Source of the DNA: an uncultured Acidobacteriota bacterium
GTDB taxonomy: Bacteria > Acidobacteriota > UBA6911
Length of the DNA: 64,000 nt
Assembly (NCBI GenBank): GCA_963827655.1
Contig: CAWHCF010000023.1
Span: 480,001-544,000, forward strand
Reading direction: 5' to 3'
Made by a program: the position numbers and the translations under genes. Below the pieces are notes generated by a model. It saw only the letters and a list, made by a program, of their open reading frames with translations. It did not search any database and was not told the origin of the DNA. Each line of letters starts with the position of its first letter. Position 1 is the first letter of the stretch. Positions 57,892 through 64,000 of the stretch are shown here, piece by piece.

Positions 57892-60762
57892 ATGGCTACC
57901 GAAAGACCGGATCGCAATTATGACAGTCGAGACTTGAACAAGTGGTTTGCCATTGGCAGCCTCGTCCTGCTGGTTGTGACGCTTCTCATGGTCGCGGATG
58001 ATTATTCCCGCCAGTGGAAAGACTTCCAGCGGCAGTTTCATCGGCTGGAGGCCGGCCGCACGCAGCGCGAGATCAGGGAAGCCGAGAAAGCGCTCAACAG
58101 CGCCGACATGAAGAAACTGGAGGCGGAGCTGAAACAGGCGCTGGGCGAAATCGACCAGCGGAGGTCCGAGTATGACAAAGCGTTGAAGACTCTGGAGCAG
58201 GCTCGATGCCGACTTCTACGGCAAAGACCTCGACTATCGCTTCGCGAAAGCGAATTACGATTCAAAGAAATACGAAACCGAGCTGCAGATCGAACATTTG
58301 CGCGCGCAGAAGAAAATCAAGGAAGGCGACGCCAGGCAGGCCGAGCTCGATGCCGTCAAGAAGACAATGGACGAAACCAGGGTGGCCCTCGAGGCCGTGA
58401 CCACTCAGCAAGACGCGGCCAAAGCAGAGGTAGCCCGGCTTGCAGGCGGGCTCGACGACATCGAAGCCAGAAAGAAGAAGATGGAGGCCTCCCGGGACCG
58501 GCTGCAGAAAAGACTCGCCACCGTCGAACCCGGCTTCGTAACCTGGCTGGTGAACGCTCCCATGCTCGATTTCATGGCCCCCACCCTCCAGGTACAGCAG
58601 GTGGTACTGCCCAAGCTAAGACACGACATAAACTTCATGGAGATCCCGCGCGTCGATCGCTGCATGACCTGCCACACCGTCATAGACAAGCCGGGATATG
58701 AAAAAGGCGCTCAGCCCTTCCGCACCCATCCCAATCTCAAGCTATATGTCGATCCGGGCTCCAAACATCCGATGGAGAGCTTCGGGTGCACAGCCTGTCA
58801 CGGCGGCCGCGATCGTGGAACTTCCTTCAACAACGCCGCGCACACCCCCGACAACGAGAAACAGGAGAAGGAGTGGAAAGACAAGTACGACTGGGAGGCC
58901 ATGCACTACTGGGAAACTCCGATGCGGTCTCGGAGCCATTTCTTTGCCGGCTGTTACCAGTGTCACTCCCAGGAGGCCGGATCGCCGAAGCCGCTCCTCT
59001 CGACCGCGGTCTGAGAATCCTGGAAGTTTCCGGTTGTTATGGCTGCCACCAGATCAAAGGATTCGAGAAACTCCGCAAGGGCGGACCCGATCTGGATCAC
59101 ATTGCCAGCAAGACGGACAAGAACTGGGTGTTTCGGTGGATTCGCGATCCGCGCAGCTTCCGAACCAGCGCCCGAATGCCCAGCTTCTTCCTGCAGAGTA
59201 ACCAGCAGGAAGGAGCCGTCGGCGATCGTCCGTCCGACCGTGAGCTGAACGATGCCGAAATCGAGGGAATCGTCACCTATATCTGGGACAAGGCGACCCC
59301 GATCAAGTATGACCCGGTCAGCGGAACGGGAGATCCGCAAAAGGGGAAAGAGCTGGTCCAGAGCATCGGTTGCCTCGGATGCCACACCGATGATCCCAAG
59401 GAGACCTTCCCGGACCGTGCGCAGCCGCGCGCCTTTGGGCCCAATCTCGCAGGTCTAGGGAGCAAGACCAGCCAGACCTGGGTCTTCCGCTGGCTCAAAG
59501 ACCCGAAGCATTACTGGAAAGATGCTTTCATGCCCAATCTCCGTCTTTCCGATCAGGAGGCGCTGGACGTCTCCTCTTACTTGCTGAGCCAGCGAAATGC
59601 GGACTTCGACAAGATCCAGGTTCCCGCGATAAGCGCCAAGGCGAGAGACTGGTTGACGCGGGAATACCTGAGCGCCCGCATGAGCCTGGCTGCAACAGAC
59701 GCCAAGATGAAAACGATGACCGAAATGGACAAGAAGCTCTATCTTGGCGAGAAGATGATCAACAAGTACGGCTGTTTCGGCTGCCATCAGATCAAGGGGT
59801 TTGAGAACACCCAGCCCATCGGAACCGAGCTGACCGAAGAAGGGAGCAAGCTGGTAACCCGGCTCGACTTTGGTCTGGAAGAGACGCTGGAGCACACCCT
59901 TCCCGCATGGATGAGAGCCAAGCTGGAGAATCCACGGCGATTCGACCGGGGAAAGATCAAGACCTGGGACGAGAAGCTCAAGATGCCCAACTTCCATCTC
60001 AACAAGCAGGAAATAACCGATCTGGTCACGGTCATCCAGGCGTTCTCCAAGGCCAGAATGGATACCGATATGCGCCCTGCCGTCACGGCGCAACGAGCCG
60101 CCATCGAGGAAGGACGGCGTATCATCCGGGATCACAACTGCACGGCTTGCCACATCCTTGGAAAGCAAGGAGGGGCCATCCGGGCCAAGATCAAGGACCC
60201 GGGGTATTTTCCACCGAGCCTGGATGGAGAAGGCGAGAAGGTAATTCCCGTGTGGCTGTTTACCTTTCTCAAAGGCCCGACGACAATACGCCCCTGGCTC
60301 AACGTACGGATGCCCACCTTTGGGTTGAATGACCACGAAACCGTCGCGATTTCCAGGATGTTTGCCAATCTCGACAAGGCGGAATATCCGTTCGAGAGCG
60401 AATATTTCAAATTGGAGCCTGCGACCCCGGATTTGTTGGCGGGAGGCTCGAAGCTGTTTACGGATTTCAAGTGTCTCCAGTGCCATTTCACGGCAGAGGG
60501 AAAGACCGAGCGCGACGCGGCGGATCTCGCGCCTAACCTGTCGCTGGCCCGGGCTCGACTAAGACCCGCCTGGATCGAGAAGTGGCTCCGCGATCCTCAG
60601 GCGCTGCAGCTGGGGACACGCATGCCGGCTTACTTCCCGGATATGAAGTCTCCTGACCCGCAGACGTTGGGAGGGGATGCGGCCTTGCAGATCAAGGCGC
60701 TGAAATACCACGTGCTCGGCTTGGGCCCCAAGGCACCTCCCGTGACTACGGGAAACGAGTGA
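57892..60762 (+). CDS. Membrane-anchored octaheme cytochrome c with coiled-coil stalk (frameshifts near 58205 and 58980)
   Basis: N-terminal TM, long heptad region, then CMTCH, CTACH, CYQCH, CYGCH, CLGCH, CFGCH, CTACH, CLQCH with GP.L and MP.F distal-Met motifs, across three frames. Confidence 0.88.
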
Positions 60763-61571
60763 GCGTGAGAACCAAATCGGCGATGAAGTCGCGTATCTGT
60801 CGTCTGTCTTTTGTTCGCACTCCTGCTGGCCGGCGTGCGCCTCTCCTCAGAAGGAGAGCCCGCCGCCGGCTGCGCCTCCCCCGGCAGCATCGACTCCCGC
60901 CACTCCGGTCTATGAGGAGGTTACGGTGGAGAACGCGGGCACGATCTCGGGGACTGTAAAATTCGCGGGGGCAAAACCCAAGCTCGCGCCCAGGCCGGTT
61001 TCCTGCAAGGAATCCCGAAGTCTGTGGACACGGCGCCAAGCCGTCGGAAGAGGTGCTGTTGGGTGAGGGCGGAGCCTTGCGCAACGTTGTCGTGTATCTC
61101 GACGGCATCAAGAAGGGTAAGAAAATGCCGTCGGCCAACCCGGTCCTCGATCAGAAGAAATGCGACTACATCCCTCATGTCCAGGCCGTCGCCGCAGGAT
61201 CGACACTCGATATTCTCAATAGCGACGATCTCTTGCATAACGTCCATGGAAAACTCAACGGGCGCGAGACAATTTTCAACTACGCGATGCCGCTCAAGGG
61301 GCAGAAGTTCTCAAAACAGCTTCCCAAACCGGGTGTCATCAACCTGCAATGCGACGCGGGCCATACCTGGATGAAGGCTTACATCGTGGTCGTGGATAAT
61401 CCCTACTACCAGACCACCGACAGCAAGGGAATCTTCGCATTGACGGAGGTTCCACCCGGTGATTATCGCGTCAAGGCGTGGCACGAGAAGTATGGCGTTC
61501 AGGAGCAGAACGTGACGGTAAGCGCGGGCGGCGACTCCAAGGTTACGTTTGAATTCAAGCCTGCCGGCTAG
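60759..61571 (+). CDS. Putative lipoprotein with carboxypeptidase-like and cupredoxin-like domains (several frameshifts in the 5' third)
   Basis: LLA/AC lipobox-like segment, Pro/Ala linker, GTISGTVKF, LDQKKCDYIPHV, NSDDLLHNVH, CDAGHTWM, VPPGDYRVKAWHE. Confidence 0.75.
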
Positions 61572-61592
61572 CCCCTGCTGTGAGCTTCCGCG

Positions 61593-61674
61593 TTTCTCGG
61601 TATCTTCGTGTCTTTGTGGTTAGAGCTGTCTAACAGATACCACGAAGACTCAAAGACACGAAGAAACACCAAGA
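61593..61674. repeat. Inverted pair of the 9-nt-period repeat
   Basis: TTTCTCGGTATCTTCGTGTCTTTGTGGT followed by ACCACGAAGACTCAAAGACACGAAGAAACACCAAGA. Confidence 0.8.
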
Positions 61675-61729
61675 ATCTTGCCAAAAAAGCAAGAAATTAC
61701 GACCTGGTAATACAAAGAGGTGGCTACTG

Positions 61730-64000
61730 ATGCCGGTAGTTGCTGGCGCTTGTCTTGACCATTACGAAATCCTCTCGCCGCTCGGTGCGGGCGGCATGGG
61801 CGAAGTCTGGCGATCTCGCGACATTCGGCTCAACCGCGAAGTCGCCATCAAAGTCCTGCCTGCTTCCTTTGCAAATGATGGTGACCGGTTGCGCCGTTTC
61901 GAGCAGGAAGCGCTGGCGACTTCGGCGCTCAACCATCCGAACATTATGACCATCCACGACATCGGCACAGCCCCACAAGAATTTGGGGGTGGGCCCTACC
62001 TTGTCACCGAGTTGCTTGAAGGTGCAGCACTGCGCGAACAATTGAATGAAGGGGCGCTGCCTGTCCGGAAGGCGATTGAGTACGCGCAGCAGATTGCCAC
62101 TGGCCTGGCTGCCGCGCACGAGAGAGGCATCGTCCATCGTGACCTCAAGCCGGAGAACCTGTTCGTGACCACAGACGGTCGGGTCAAGATTCTCGATTTC
62201 GGGCTGGCGAAACTGAAGCCACCGCAGGTTGGTGGCGTGGAGACTCAGGCGCCGACGCAGGAGAAGATCACCGCTCCGGGGACGGTGATGGGGACGGTTG
62301 GCTATATGGCGCCCGAGCAGGTGCGCGGGCAGGAGGCGGATCATCGGACGGACATCTTCAGCTTCGGCGTGATCCTGTATGAGATGCTGAGCGGCAGGCG
62401 CACCTTCAGCGGCGAGTCAGCGGTCGAGGTGATGAACGCGATCTTGAAGGAAGAGCCACCGGAGTTGAGCGAAACGAACACGAAGGTCAGCCCGCAGCTT
62501 GAGAAGATCGTGCGACGCTGTCTGGAGAAGCAGCCGGAACGGCGCTTCCATTCCGCGCACGACCTCGGCTTCGCGCTCGAGACCTTGTCCACACCATCAG
62601 GCTCGGAATTACCGGCGACGACGGAAAGCGCAGGCAAGTCGCGGCTGCTCGGCAATGCACGGCTGGCATGGCTCGCGGCGGCGGCATTGTTACTGGCAAC
62701 TCTGGCTTTTGCCTGGCCCTACTTCACACGCCGGCCGGCGGCGGATGCGCGCGTCATGAAGCTGTCCCTCCTGCCGCCCGAGAAGGCGAGCTTTGACCAC
62801 CTCGCCGTGTCGCCGGATGGGAGGTGGCTGGCCTTCACGGCGACGATGGGTGGCAGGGTGCAGCTCTGGGTGCGCGCCTTCAATTCCGCGGAAGCGAAGC
62901 CACTCGCAGGCACTGAGGGCGCCAGCCATCCTTTTTGGTCGCCCGACAGTCGTTTCATCGGCTTCTTCGTTCCCGGCAAGCTGAAGAAGATTGAGGTCTC
63001 AGGAGGGCTCCCCGCCACGCTGTGCGATGCCGGCGTTGCGACTGGCGGCGCGTGGAGCCGCGATGGCGTGATCCTCTTTTCAGAGCTGGGTGGCAACGGG
63101 TTGTCCCGCGTGTCCAGCACGGGCGGCGAAGTGACATCAGTCATCAGACCCGATTTTAACCGCCAGGAGTCGTCTGTTCATTACCCATGCTTCCTGCCGG
63201 ATGGCCGGCATTTTCTCTATTCCAAAGTTAGTGCGCAAAAAGAGGTCCGTGGGATTTACCTCGCTTCACTTGACGGCGCAGTGAACGAGCGGCTGCTCGG
63301 CGATGACTCGAACGCCGTGTATGCTGCCTCCGGTAGTGATGGAGGGTATCTGCTCTTCGGGCGTGAAGGGGCATTAATGGCGCAGCCCTTTGATGCGGCG
63401 CGCCGGCAAGTCACTGGCGAGCCGTTCCCTGTTGCCGGGCAGGTCGGGACAGTCTCGGGCGGTGCGACCAGTATCCGCCGCCGGAATTTTTCTGTCTCCG
63501 ACACTGGCGTACTGGTCTTTGATCCGCTCCCTGACCGGCAGCGCAACCAGTTGGTCTGGGTAGACCGCGGAGGCAGAAAAACCGGCTCGCTGGATGGAAT
63601 GGATAAAGTGGCCATGCTCAGACTCTCGCCTGATGATAAGCGCTTCGTGGTCAGCCCGCTCCGAAAGTAACGTCGATCTCTGGTTGTCCAATGTGACGGG
63701 CGGGAACGTCACGCGCTTTACCTTTGACCCGGCTAATGACCTATTTCCGGTCTGGTCGCCGGATGGGAGCCGCATCGCCTGGGCTTCCAACCGGGAAGGG
63801 GTCTTTCACCTCTATGAAAAAGCCGCCAGCGGCGCGGGGCAGGATGCGCTGCTGCTCAAGTCAGATTACTTCAAATTTCCCACCGACTGGTCGCGGGACG
63901 GCCGCTTCATCATCTACCGCGAAATCAACCCGAAAACGAAATACGATGTGTGGGTCTTACCCGTCGGCCCACAGACCGGCGATCAGAAGCCTTTCCCCTT
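61730..64000 (+). CDS. Ser/Thr protein kinase with C-terminal PD40/TolB-like beta-propellers (frameshift near 63655; runs off the window)
   Basis: [46 protein letters not shown] repeats; continues in another frame as [25 protein letters not shown]. Confidence 0.93.

Noticed and set aside
3722-61674. Nonamer and heptamer repeats as a CRISPR array
   Set aside because: Copies are dispersed or directly tandem, with no regular repeat-spacer pattern and no cas genes.
1-64000. tRNA, rRNA, riboswitch, integrase or prophage genes
   Set aside because: None recognised by eye, including no TPP riboswitch before thiD and no SAM riboswitch before the Cys/Met lyase; an Infernal/Rfam scan would be needed to exclude them.

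Overview
A GC-rich bacterial chromosomal window, most likely from Acidobacteriota (inferred from carboxypeptidase-domain TonB-dependent receptors, a kinase-PD40 fusion and a TonB-C-terminal membrane protein). It holds about 50 genes. No rRNA, tRNA, CRISPR array or transposase was seen. At least 12 apparent indels split otherwise intact genes, which suggests long-read assembly errors. Main points: (1) a signal-peptide rhodanese (26311-26745, minus strand) with an in-frame TGA exactly at the catalytic Cys position and GC hairpins just downstream, so a candidate exported selenoprotein that the ORF track truncates; (2) an 8.7-kb operon FHA - PP2C::beta-helix - non-RD Ser/Thr kinase - RodA::PBP fusion - FHA, preceded by an RlpA-like gene, resembling the actinobacterial fhaA-pstP-rodA-pbpA-pkn locus but in a diderm and with different sensor domains; (3) a split cytochrome b Rieske/cytb complex of the heme-ci type, with a stalked octaheme cytochrome c and a cupredoxin-like lipoprotein; (4) dense non-coding repeats: about 18 copies of a 9-nt-period element at gene boundaries, several inverted heptamer arrays, a 244-bp MITE and a palindromic element flanked by 14-bp direct repeats; (5) two toxin-antitoxin pairs, candidate leaderless genes and an internally deleted S9 peptidase remnant. 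All calls come from reading motifs by eye; no database search was run.
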